From the IMG/VR virus record IMGVR_UViG_3300025000_000055: a stretch of DNA of 64,000 nt. One strand, 5' to 3'. The DNA comes from a virus (Duplodnaviria; Caudoviricetes). The notes under the pieces were generated by a model, which was not told the origin of the DNA, did not search any database, and saw only the letters and a program-made list of their open reading frames with translations. The translations under genes and the position numbers were made by a program. Positions 33,079 through 43,269 of this stretch are shown here, one piece after another (within the stretch, counting starts at the first letter, position 1; every line of letters begins with the position of its first letter).

Positions 33079-33729
33079 TTACATTTTTATTTCCCTCAAA
33101 AGAGATGATATCGGAGGGTTTGGAGGATTATTTTTATTACAATTTTCTTCACAATATTCATTTTTCTTGTAAAGTGGTAAAACTTGTTTCAATAAAAAAT
33201 TTTCAATAATGTGTTGATAAGTATAAGTATATAAATTTTTACTTATCAACACATGTTTTTGACTATTTGTAAAATGGAATTTAGTTTTTTCTTTTCTACA
33301 ATTTCCAGCACATTCTTTATCAATATCATTATAACCCTTACTAATAATTACACTAATTGTTCCATTGTTACCAATAGTATCTAAATTTGTACATAATAAA
33401 TATTTGAATTCTCTTTTAAAATAAATTGGCGATATAAATTTATTAATAAGTACACCAAAATCTATATCTTCCATATTTTGAGGAATTACTTTATTAATAA
33501 CAAAGTAGTTTCCTTTAATATATTCTAATAATCGTTTAAAAATATTCTTTTTACATTCAATATAATATTGACCAGGTGTTGTCCTATCTAAATGATAAAA
33601 AGATACACCATATTTTTTAAAAGGCCATCTGAAAAATATTCCTTTTTCAATACCCTCTTCTGTTATAATATGAAACCCATTTTCTACCGTACTATTAAAA
33701 CCTTGTGTTTCTTTACTAAAAGTTATCAT
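33079..33729 (-). CDS. Hypothetical protein
   Basis: 216 aa ORF, AGGAGG RBS. Confidence 0.7.
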   Translation of the reverse strand: MITFSKETQGFNSTVENGFHIITEEGIEKGIFFRWPFKKYGVSFYHLDRTTPGQYYIECKKNIFKRLLEYIKGNYFVINKVIPQNMEDIDFGVLINKFISPIYFKREFKYLLCTNLDTIGNNGTISVIISKGYNDIDKECAGNCRKEKTKFHFTNSQKHVLISKNLYTYTYQHIIENFLLKQVLPLYKKNEYCEENCNKNNPPNPPISSLLREIKM

Positions 33730-33751
33730 TATTTCTCCTCCTTATAATTTT

Positions 33752-34123
33752 TCAATATTCTTTATTTTTAAAACCTTTTATACATTCAGAAAATAAATTT
33801 ATAACTTTATTAATATCATTTTCATCATAAATTAAAAATTTAATATCTTCTTCATATAAACCATCTCTATAAGAACTTTCCATGTCTAATTCAAAATTAA
33901 AATTAGAATCCTGTTCAGCTTGTTTAAATACTTCTAAACATTCTTCATAATTATTACAATTAATAGGTTCTGGTTGTGTTAAACATAAGTATGACCAATC
34001 ATTATCTCCGATAGTTTCATTTTTAATACACAGACTTTCTTTTACCCCTTCATTTAATTTATATTTAGAATATAGTATACCTTTAGGTAATTTTAAAAAT
34101 TCTATTCTATTAACGATTCTCAT
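33752..34123 (-). CDS. Hypothetical protein
   Basis: 123 aa ORF, GGAGG RBS. Confidence 0.7.
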   Translation of the reverse strand: MRIVNRIEFLKLPKGILYSKYKLNEGVKESLCIKNETIGDNDWSYLCLTQPEPINCNNYEECLEVFKQAEQDSNFNFELDMESSYRDGLYEEDIKFLIYDENDINKVINLFSECIKGFKNKEY

Positions 34124-34138
34124 TTTTTATAAAACCTC

Positions 34139-34741
34139 CTAATCAGTAACTCTAAAATCATAAAACATAAGATATTTATCGGTATAATTTATATAGTCAT
34201 TTTTAATATTCATACCATATGACCATTCTAAACTAACATATTTACCTATTTCAATAAAACCTTTTACTTTACAAATAATATGACCTAAATATCTAATTAA
34301 ATCATTAAAAAGAGCTACTGGGATATTAGGAAAAAATGTTTTAGGTACTAACATAGTTCCAATAAATTTTTTTACCACTAAAGTAATATTAAAATTATCA
34401 TTAGGAAAATGAACAGAAAAGAATGGGTGGTATTGATATTCTGTCCCATTAATAATTATTAAGTTAGACATAATATCTATAGTTCCATTAAAAAGAGTTT
34501 TAAAATATGGATAATAAATAATTTTAATATTTAGATTTTTAGAGAATTCCAAATATTTTAATTTTACTTCATCAGAAGTTAAAGCAATATCTAAATTAAT
34601 ATATTGGTTTTTTTCATTAACACATTTTACAGTATATAGAAGATTATCTTCTAATATAGTGTCTTCTGTCATATATTTCATTGAAACATATGGTAAACCC
34701 AACTCTTTAATTATACTAACATCTGATTGAAAATTATACAT
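34139..34741 (-). CDS. Hypothetical protein
   Basis: 200 aa ORF. Confidence 0.7.
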   Translation of the reverse strand: MYNFQSDVSIIKELGLPYVSMKYMTEDTILEDNLLYTVKCVNEKNQYINLDIALTSDEVKLKYLEFSKNLNIKIIYYPYFKTLFNGTIDIMSNLIIINGTEYQYHPFFSVHFPNDNFNITLVVKKFIGTMLVPKTFFPNIPVALFNDLIRYLGHIICKVKGFIEIGKYVSLEWSYGMNIKNDYINYTDKYLMFYDFRVTD

Positions 34742-35116
34742 TTATATCCACTCCTCATTAATATTAATCTTTTCTGTAATTTGTTCAAATACAATACCAG
34801 TTCCGGTTATTTTAATAACAAATAAACTAAAAATTCTGTTACCAAATTGGATTCTAATTACATCTTTAACATCTAATTTACCTGCTTTTCTAATAGAAGT
34901 AATAAAGGTAGGATTAAATATTTCTTGCATTTCCTCATCATCTCTTTTAACAAATAAAAGTTTATCTTTAAAATCTAATTCTTTAACTTCTTCATAAAAA
35001 TCTATTACTCGTATACAACCCCCACCAATACAACTATTTCTACATGCTTCAGAAATAGTTATACCTCTAATCATCTCCACTTTACCATCTTTCCAATGTA
35101 ACCTATAAATATTCAT
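34742..35116 (-). CDS. Hypothetical protein
   Basis: 124 aa ORF. Confidence 0.7.
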   Translation of the reverse strand: MNIYRLHWKDGKVEMIRGITISEACRNSCIGGGCIRVIDFYEEVKELDFKDKLLFVKRDDEEMQEIFNPTFITSIRKAGKLDVKDVIRIQFGNRIFSLFVIKITGTGIVFEQITEKININEEWI

Positions 35117-35132
35117 TCAATTAACCTCATTT

Positions 35133-35399
35133 CTAAAATATTTTTACTGAGATATATGTGTTTCTAAAATTCCTTTTATCTTTATACCAATCTTTTTTTC
35201 TTAGAAATCTTTTATCAATTAGAGCTGAATTAAACTTAAGTTTATCAGCACATGTTTTATTATCAATCTCCAATTGATGACAATTACAATGTTCGTAACA
35301 TCTATTCATTGTCCATGGTTGACCATTTTCATCTAATCCTAAAAACATTGTACCTTCATCAGTGTACAATAAAACTCCAGTTGATTCCTTTATAGTCAC
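35133..35399 (-). CDS. Hypothetical protein
   Basis: 88 aa ORF, GGAGG RBS. Confidence 0.65.
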   Translation of the reverse strand: MTIKESTGVLLYTDEGTMFLGLDENGQPWTMNRCYEHCNCHQLEIDNKTCADKLKFNSALIDKRFLRKKDWYKDKRNFRNTYISVKIF

Positions 35400-35434
35400 A
35401 GTAATAACCTCCGCTTTATTTTATTTTTTATATA

Positions 35435-36082
35435 TTAAAAATCTTTACTATCAATAATTATACTTTCTTTTAGTGGATTCATTTTATCTGCCCCACTATC
35501 AAATATCTCCAACCTCCAATCTATACCTAAAACTTCACACCATATCTTAAAATTAGATACTGACATTTTAGTATTATTATTTAATCCAGATTTTCTATTA
35601 TTGAGAGCATAATTATCTAAAAATTTACTCTTATAATTTTTTAAATTTATTTTCTTTTCAGTAATAATCTTTTTAACAGCAACTTTTAAAAAATCATCCG
35701 TTGGTCTAATTGTTGGTGTGTATGTTTCTGTATTATTATTAATAATTTCAACATCTTCAGGGTTAGTAAAAGCTTCTTTATTTTCTTTTACTTTATCAAA
35801 CAGCCAATCAATATTTAATTCAGTAATATTATCTATATTATAAATCTTTCTTTCTTTCTTACTTGGTTCAATAAATTTATATGTTCCGTTTTCAATATAA
35901 ATACCTGGTTCTAATTTACTTTTAAGATTATTAATTTTACCATGAAATATATAAACTAAATCACCTTTTATATAAGCAAACCCAATTTTCAATTTACTAT
36001 CATTAAAAAATGGTTTAACCTCATGTATTTCATCATCTTTTGTAAAGATACATCTTCCTAAAAATACTTTTACTTTAGACAT
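35435..36082 (-). CDS. Hypothetical protein
   Basis: 215 aa ORF. Confidence 0.75.
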   Translation of the reverse strand: MSKVKVFLGRCIFTKDDEIHEVKPFFNDSKLKIGFAYIKGDLVYIFHGKINNLKSKLEPGIYIENGTYKFIEPSKKERKIYNIDNITELNIDWLFDKVKENKEAFTNPEDVEIINNNTETYTPTIRPTDDFLKVAVKKIITEKKINLKNYKSKFLDNYALNNRKSGLNNNTKMSVSNFKIWCEVLGIDWRLEIFDSGADKMNPLKESIIIDSKDF

Positions 36083-36196
36083 GTTAACAACCCCTTGTAG
36101 ATTTTTATTATATAAATAATATATATTTATATAATTAATTATTATAAAAAAATAAAAGGAATAATATAAACAATCCTTTTATTATATATCTTCCCA

Positions 36197-36832
36197 TTAT
36201 TTACTTTCTTCATAAGTAAGGGCATTTCTCACAATACGTTTTTTAAAATCAAATATTGGTACCTCACCATATCCATCTGGATGTGATCCCTGAAATAACC
36301 AAATCCCATTTTTAATTGCTCCTTGAAGTCTTTTAATACCAATTCCTTCGGGCATTGTATCACATATTGGAGTGCCTACTTTTCCACTAGCTATACCACA
36401 TGAACCAGCACATGAATAACCTCTCCAAGCAGCACAATCAGCACATCTTGGATAAATAAATTCATCATTATTATTACTAAATATTTTTATTCCCTGAACC
36501 AATATCTTAAAACGATTTTCTAATTCAGGTCTATTTTTATAAGCTCCCCGAATAAGATTTTCCTGTATTTTAATACGAGTAATTTCTTCCGAACTCTTTT
36601 CAATACAACCATTTTCAAAAGGTGATGCTTCAGGACCTTCTAGATTCATCAATGGATATGGTATATTACCACTGGGGAATTTAACCAACCAGTAGTATGA
36701 TGCACCCTCTGGTGATTTAAATTCTACTGTATCTTCATCGGTGATAATTTTCTCTACTATACATATTGGTAATTCATTTGCTAAAATAGTTTTCATTCTT
36801 TCTAATATTTTTTCAAAATTTATAATTTTCAT
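36197..36832 (-). CDS. Hypothetical Cys-containing protein
   Basis: 211 aa; CADC...C...C...C cluster. Confidence 0.7.
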   Translation of the reverse strand: MKIINFEKILERMKTILANELPICIVEKIITDEDTVEFKSPEGASYYWLVKFPSGNIPYPLMNLEGPEASPFENGCIEKSSEEITRIKIQENLIRGAYKNRPELENRFKILVQGIKIFSNNNDEFIYPRCADCAAWRGYSCAGSCGIASGKVGTPICDTMPEGIGIKRLQGAIKNGIWLFQGSHPDGYGEVPIFDFKKRIVRNALTYEESK

Positions 36833-36940
36833 CTCCCTATAAATTTATTTATTTCTAAGATAATAATATATAAATATAGATTACAAATATACTAAAAAAA
36901 TAAAAGGGTTATTTTATTAACCCTTTTATAAAATATTAAA

Positions 36941-37135
36941 TTAAAAATCTGTTTTCATTATTGTTTCTCTAAGCCAAAGCACAGTTTCATCTAATTTTGT
37001 AATAGTTATTGATTTCTCTCTAGAGTTTGGTAATTCATTAAGCTTTTCATACAACTCAACTAAAACCTCATCAAATTCATCTAACTTATGGTTTATAGAA
37101 GCATTAGTTGTGCAACCATTATTCAATCTCGGCAT
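36941..37135 (-). CDS. Acb2/Tad1-like small helical protein (candidate anti-defence nucleotide sponge)
   Basis: LPNSREKSITITKLDETVLW resembles the P.SREKS.A.TKL.E..MW pattern of the Acb2/Tad1 family. Confidence 0.5.
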   Translation of the reverse strand: MPRLNNGCTTNASINHKLDEFDEVLVELYEKLNELPNSREKSITITKLDETVLWLRETIMKTDF

Positions 37136-37274
37136 TTTTTTATCCCCCCTTTATTTATTATTCATTTTAATAATATATAATTATATTTTTGATTAAAAAT
37201 TAAAAATATAAATTTTACTCTTTTAATTTTTTTGTAATATATGTAAACATTCATTAATATCATCTGTATTAAAA

Positions 37275-37493
37275 TTATAAAATACGACTAGCTAATTCCC
37301 AAAAATTACAATCTGTTAAAATATTCTTAGACTTAAGAAATTGGGAAAATTCATTAGAAATACCATATAATTTTATTTCTTCTCTAAGAGTCGATAAATC
37401 ACAACCAGAACATTGTCCTGGAAAATTAATACTATAGTTACGAATTACATGATCACACCAATTATAAAGATTTTTACTCATAAATAATATCAT
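37275..37493 (-). CDS. Hypothetical small protein
   Basis: 72 aa ORF. Confidence 0.5.
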   Translation of the reverse strand: MILFMSKNLYNWCDHVIRNYSINFPGQCSGCDLSTLREEIKLYGISNEFSQFLKSKNILTDCNFWELASRIL

Positions 37494-37520
37494 CCTATTT
37501 TTTATATTTAAAAATACTAA

Positions 37521-38246
37521 TCAAAAATTAAAAATTTCTTTATTTGATTTTGGTTTAAATATAAAACCTTTAACTTCTTCTTTATCCTTATCATTAACAT
37601 CTGAAATAGGATGATATTTTTTAATGCTAACATTAATATCTTTTAAATCACCATCTTTATCTAAACAACTCACATAATAATTTAATAATTGTTGTGAATA
37701 TGTATATATGTCAATTTTACTTAATGTATAAAATAATGATTCAAAAGCATCAATAGGTAATTCAATAAAATTATCACTATTATTTATATACATAATAACA
37801 CCTTCATATGAAACTTCATTTTCATCATATACAATTGCAGGTTTTATTATCATTCTTTGATTTAAACCTAGATTATAAATCTTTAATGTATATTTAACTA
37901 TCATATCAGAATATATTACAATTTCACCTTTAGAATTTATTGCAAATATTTCATCTCCATATAAGTTAGTTAACATAGTTTTAAAATTCTTTATTAACTG
38001 ATATATATTACGTTGGGTGATCATAATAGATCTACTCTTATCCCATTCTTCTTCTTTATTATTAATATCTAATGACAAATAAACTGATGGGTTTAAAGTA
38101 AGATATTTTACCTTATTAAATTCAAATTCTTTATGATAACTTTCTAACTTATTATTTTTCTCTTGATATAATTTAACATTAATTTTTAAATTAAGATTTT
38201 TAACTGGTTGTAAAATAATTCTACTAATTCTTTGTACTTTATTCAT
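37521..38246 (-). CDS. Hypothetical protein
   Basis: 241 aa ORF. Confidence 0.75.
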   Translation of the reverse strand: MNKVQRISRIILQPVKNLNLKINVKLYQEKNNKLESYHKEFEFNKVKYLTLNPSVYLSLDINNKEEEWDKSRSIMITQRNIYQLIKNFKTMLTNLYGDEIFAINSKGEIVIYSDMIVKYTLKIYNLGLNQRMIIKPAIVYDENEVSYEGVIMYINNSDNFIELPIDAFESLFYTLSKIDIYTYSQQLLNYYVSCLDKDGDLKDINVSIKKYHPISDVNDKDKEEVKGFIFKPKSNKEIFNF

Positions 38247-38349
38247 TTTATCACCCTAACAAATAAAATGCTTTATTATTAAGTTGAATGGGAAATAAAA
38301 AAATAATAAAGTGATAAATATAAATAATTTATCACTTTATTACTTAATA

Positions 38350-38811
38350 TTATTTAGTTGAAATAGGTGGGTATATTGAAGTAATTGGTGTATTATAAAA
38401 ATAAAAATAATTTGCTAATTCAGGTGAAAGTTCATAAATTTTTTCTATTATTTTTTCGCATACTTCAATATTTTCATCAGAATTAGCAGATACTCCAATA
38501 ATACGCCGTTTTTTATTTTCAGTGATAAAAATAGTGTTATTAATTTTTTTGTTGAAAACTATACTAATTCTTAATTCACCCAAAACCCAACTGTAAGATA
38601 TTATAGGAACGTCTTTAAAATTACCATTTTCCTGTTTAGATGTATAAAAATCATTTAAGTCACATTTAATTAATTTATCCCAATCAGGTAAATCAATAAC
38701 ATTCTGAATACAAGTATAATATTGTTTTAAGATATTATTATAATCATCATCAGATATTTCATCACTAATTATAGGTCCATTTAAAAAGTTAAATTGTTTT
38801 TTATTTGCCAT
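38350..38811 (-). CDS. Hypothetical protein
   Basis: 153 aa ORF, GGAGG RBS. Confidence 0.7.
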   Translation of the reverse strand: MANKKQFNFLNGPIISDEISDDDYNNILKQYYTCIQNVIDLPDWDKLIKCDLNDFYTSKQENGNFKDVPIISYSWVLGELRISIVFNKKINNTIFITENKKRRIIGVSANSDENIEVCEKIIEKIYELSPELANYFYFYNTPITSIYPPISTK

Positions 38812-38902
38812 TATAAAACCTCCAAATAAATTTATTTATTTCTAATTAATAATATATATTTAGTATGTGTAATGTTTTTATTACACATACTAAATTATCA
38901 TA

Positions 38903-41900
38903 TTAAATATCTTCTTCTATACCATTCATTTTAATTTTAATATAAAAAAGATTTGTATTTTCATTCTCTTTCCTTTTAACTTGGAATTTATTATTAATTT
39001 CTCTTATAGTATTAATTCTATCTAAATATTCTTCTTCATTATCATAGTCAATTGAAACAAAACAACTATTAGGTTCATCTTCCTTACAATATTTAAATAA
39101 ATCTTTCTCAAATAAACATTTAAAACTTTCTGGTTCTCTTGAATCATCAAAGAATAAACCATGAGTTTTACAAAAAGGAGTTATAATACCACTAGTGCCT
39201 GGATCTGTTATGTTCACATAGGTCGTTAATCTATGCAGTTCTCTTAAGAACTTCCCTAAGATTTCCCTAGGATACCAGACTATATCATTAACCTAAATTT
39301 ATTAGGTTACTTCCCACTTCGATTTAAGGGATTCTCACCCACCTACTTAGGCCCTACTCCTATTGCTTATTTCAAAGCCAAAAGGGATAGTCGTTGAACT
39401 TTATTGTTATAATTAATAAGTGTAATCTTTTGATATGTGTACCCATGAAGTTCTTTTTCTTAAATGTTTAACCAAACCCCTATAAGATTCATTTTGTTTT
39501 TTGTCTTTAACTATCATATTCATCTCCTTTCTTATCTCATATTCAGAATAACCTTTTTCTAATAAAATACATATCCCACGAATTAATGTTTCTGAATATT
39601 TATTACATCCATGTCTTTCACCTTTAACTGGTTTTTGTAACCCTTCTCTCCATGAATGATCAATATTTTCTTTAGGAGTACTCCATTCTAAATTTTTATA
39701 AAAATTATTAGTTTTATTAGTATCTTTATGATTTATATGAATATATTTTTCATTAAAAAACACTTTTAATGGTAGAAAATAATATCCGACTAATCTATGT
39801 ATATAAAATTTTCTTTGTTTTTTGTATCCTTTTAGCGTACATCTTAAATAACCATCCTTATCAGTAAAAGGACTTAAAAATCTACCAGTTAATTTATTTC
39901 TAACCTTACCATAATTACTAATTTCGTATATATTTTTAACATTATATTCTATAATATCTTTCCATTCTTCTTCATGGGGTTTAATAAATATTATCATTTA
40001 ATACACACCTCTTAACATATAACAATCTTAGCTGCGGATTACTCAATCCTAAAACCTTGTTACCATACCTTAGTTGATTAGACTAAGCCACTATATTGTT
40101 TCCGATATAGTTTGGTAGTTTTAGGCTATAAGAGATTTCCCGACAATTAAAGAAGTTTTCATCATAAGTTACCCTATAATGCTCCAATCCAGTAGAGTTA
40201 CCGCATACGTTAATATCGAGCTTCCCAATGTAAGATGGATGAATATCACGATATTTTTTTGATATCCTATTGTCATTCTTACCACCCAAACTATTCGGAC
40301 CTTTAATAGTATATCTTAGTTTACTAAAAAAATCCATATCATTTATTTTATCCGTTGTGTTCACATTACTCGTCAAATAATGCAGTTCTCTTATGAACTT
40401 CCCTAAGTTTCCCTAGGATACCAGACTATATCTTCATCCTTAATTAAGTTAATTACTCTCATTTAAGGAGCTCCCCGTTTTAACTCACCATTATAGACTT
40501 GTGAGATTACTCTACTTCATATGTTAATTTCTATAACATATTTTTCGATAGTCTTTGAACTTTCACCTTTATATAATTTTTTCCAAGATCTCCCTGATTT
40601 GATATTACTCATTAAAGTATAAAGATTTCTAATTTCCCTTTTTGATAAATTATTTAAACCTAGTTTATCAATTATCTTTTTATGTTTTAATCCTTGTTTC
40701 ATAAACTTAATTATATTTCTTATTAATTCTTCATCATATCTTTTTTGTTTACATTTATTCAAATCAATATTTTCGGTTAAATAAATTCGTGTTCTTTTAG
40801 CTCTTAAATCATTTATAAATGTACGTATATTTTTTTTATTTTCTAAATTTAATTCATAAATTATAATATCAGTACTTTTATTTTCTTGTAATAAAGATAC
40901 TATTTGTTTAGATAATTTATCCGAGAATTTACTTAAAGGATGTTTTTCTCCAATAGGTTTATTTCCTTCCTTATATGAATACGCAATATTTTCTTTCTGA
41001 GTACATTTTTCTAAAAGATCTAATTTATTAAATTTATTTATACTATCTTTATGATGAATTATCATTGATTTATCAGATATATTAAAATCTGACATAAAAT
41101 AATAAGCTAATAATCTATGAATTAAAAAATTTCTAAATTTACCATCTATACATGATAATTGAATATATTCGTATTCTTTAGTATTTTTAGAATTTTTTAA
41201 AATCCTATTAAATTTATCATTTCTAATAAATCCATCAGAATTTATAGAATAATTCTTTTTAACTTGGGGCAAATCTATTTTTACCCAATCTTCTTTTTTC
41301 ATATCTTTCTCTTTTCTTTATATAATTTTTATTTTTCTTGGAAAATATATCTTTATAAAGGTTATTAGCTGCGGATTGTCCAATCCTTACTGTTATTACT
41401 ATACCAGGTTAATTACTCCTGCCACTATAATATCACTATTATAGATTAGTAAGTAAGGCCCTAAGGAGTTCCCCGACAATTAAAGAAGATTCTTTACAAT
41501 ATTACTACTGTAAAGGACAGTATCTATCAAATCTTAATAATCCTGAATCATGTAAATTCTGAATTAGCATATCTCCAGGAAATTTAAATATTTCTTCAAT
41601 ATTTTCTAAAGTCATTTTTTTACCTAAACTAATAACTCTATTCATTCTTTTACTAAATGCTTTAGTTAATAAAGAAGCAATATATTCATTACATCTTAAT
41701 CTTTTATTATCTATAGACATATTATCTTTCTTTCTTAATTCATCAAAATTTTGAATCATCCATCTGATAACAGAATAAACATTCTTTCGATGTTCATAAT
41801 CTATCTTTAATATATTCTTAGTTGTTTCATCTATTAATCTATCAAAGAAGATTAAAGTATTTAATCCTTTCTCATAGTAGTTATAAGCCATAGTAGCACT

Positions 41901-42758
41901 TAAACTTCCAATACGACCAATCCAATATTCAATATCATTTAAAAATTCAAAACTTAATCTATTATTAGAAACATTCATAATCATGAAAACTATACTCTGC
42001 ACATATAGATATTTGTTAAAGAAGAATCTATTTACTTTTATTAACATTTTCTTATTAATACGAAAATATATATATTTGTCTAAATCTGTTTCATTTTCTG
42101 TAAATTCTATAATAGAATCAACTGAAAAATATTTAAGTGTTTTTTCAACACCCATTTTAGCAAAATAAAATAAAAGTACATCGACTTCTTTTCTAAACAC
42201 AAATACCCCATAAGTATTAGCAATATAAGTTTCTCCCTGAGTATCTGGATATTCCTTTTTGTTTCTTTTTAACGACAATGGCATTAATGATTTTAAAATT
42301 AAATTTTGTTTGGTTGTATAAGTTGAACTATCAACAAGTTGATATATTAAGAAGTATTTTTTACCTTTAATAGTGTAATATCCATTTTCATCTGGAATTG
42401 GTACTAATAATTTCTTAGTATATAATTTGCTTTTATTTTTACAATTTAGATTAAATTTTAATTTTAGTTCACCATAGCGACTATCTTGTAAATACATATA
42501 TTTTTCTGTAACTTTTTTATTATCAGCATCCTTAGTCTGTTTAACTTTTTGTCTTGTTGATATATAGTCATTAATATCAATTTTAGATTCATCATCAATG
42601 AATTCATATCCAAGAAACTTAATATTTTTAAGAATTTCTAATGACTTACAACTATTGACGATATAATTAATCAAATTATCATCATGAGTATGATTAATTA
42701 TATCATAGTTGATTCTTTCTTCATTAGGATTCCTATAATGTTTTATAAACTTTTTCAT
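38903..42758 (-). CDS. rpoB: Phage RNA polymerase beta-like N-terminal subunit (probably non-virion), join(42758..41526,40352..40194,39205..38903), about 564 aa
   Basis: YFLIYQLVD, restored LLRFD|DKIND..KGPNSLG and CGNS|DPGTSG, typical of phiKZ/AR9 split beta subunits. Confidence 0.85.
39206..40193 (-). mobile_element. Group I intron with HNH ORF; terminal nucleotide A instead of G
   Basis: Family core. P1: exon CUCU pairs with GGAG. The 3' end is GTGAACATAACA|GAT. Confidence 0.88.
39413..39997 (-). CDS. Intron-encoded NUMOD4/HNH homing endonuclease
   Basis: YEISNYG, IHRLVG, INHKDTNKTNN..NLEW. Confidence 0.9.
   Translation of the reverse strand: MIIFIKPHEEEWKDIIEYNVKNIYEISNYGKVRNKLTGRFLSPFTDKDGYLRCTLKGYKKQRKFYIHRLVGYYFLPLKVFFNEKYIHINHKDTNKTNNFYKNLEWSTPKENIDHSWREGLQKPVKGERHGCNKYSETLIRGICILLEKGYSEYEIRKEMNMIVKDKKQNESYRGLVKHLRKRTSWVHISKDYTY
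40353..41525 (-). mobile_element. Group I intron with HNH ORF in the beta-N gene
   Basis: AATTGTCGGG, AATCCGCAGC, GTTCAAAGACTA, AAGATATAGTCT; ends GTGAACACAACG. Confidence 0.9.
40517..41302 (-). CDS. Intron-encoded HNH homing endonuclease
   Basis: YSINSDG, IHRLLA, IHHKDSINKFN. The ORF 3' end overlaps the ribozyme P7 5' strand. Confidence 0.88.
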   Translation of the reverse strand: MKKEDWVKIDLPQVKKNYSINSDGFIRNDKFNRILKNSKNTKEYEYIQLSCIDGKFRNFLIHRLLAYYFMSDFNISDKSMIIHHKDSINKFNKLDLLEKCTQKENIAYSYKEGNKPIGEKHPLSKFSDKLSKQIVSLLQENKSTDIIIYELNLENKKNIRTFINDLRAKRTRIYLTENIDLNKCKQKRYDEELIRNIIKFMKQGLKHKKIIDKLGLNNLSKREIRNLYTLMSNIKSGRSWKKLYKGESSKTIEKYVIEINI

Positions 42759-42801
42759 ATAATACCACCTTTCTAGAAAAATATAATACTTTAAACATTA
42801 T

Positions 42802-42841
42802 ATATCCAATAGGAAACCAATTAAGGTTTCCTATTGGATAT
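42802..42841 (-). terminator. Hairpin terminator
   Basis: 17-bp stem ATATCCAATAGGAAACC / GGTTTCCTATTGGATAT. Confidence 0.8.
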
Positions 42842-42851
42842 TATATATTTT

Positions 42852-43211
42852 CTATTCTTCTTCGTCTTCTGTTACTCCATCATCCTTGACCATAAGCTTA
42901 AATTCTTGACCAGGGATTAAAAACGGTGTAAAATTACCTACTTTCTCACCTTCATCGTTTTCCCTGTATGAAATACCCATGTCAAAAAGCTGCATCAAGT
43001 TGATAGAAATATCTTCACCAGCAGTTTTCTTTTCGTTTAAATAAGCAATTGCTTGCTGTAAGAAACGATAAGAAATTGTTGCAATTGCCGGTGCATGTGT
43101 AACATTAATATTGTGCTCACTGATAAGAGCTTTATTTGCTCTGTCACAAATCTTAGCAATTTCCTTCTGATTCTCTCTGATTTCCAAAAATACTGCGTCT
43201 TCTTTAGCCAT
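42852..43211 (-). CDS. Small protein, possibly HU/IHF-like DNA-binding
   Basis: C-terminal PFLIPGQEFKLMVK resembles HU PAFKPGKALKDAVK; AACA-N6-TA at 43253-43242. Confidence 0.4.
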   Translation of the reverse strand: MAKEDAVFLEIRENQKEIAKICDRANKALISEHNINVTHAPAIATISYRFLQQAIAYLNEKKTAGEDISINLMQLFDMGISYRENDEGEKVGNFTPFLIPGQEFKLMVKDDGVTEDEEE

Positions 43212-43269
43212 AATAATTTAACCTCCCTTATTTTTTAATACTAATATTTTGTTATTAGCATATTAGTTT

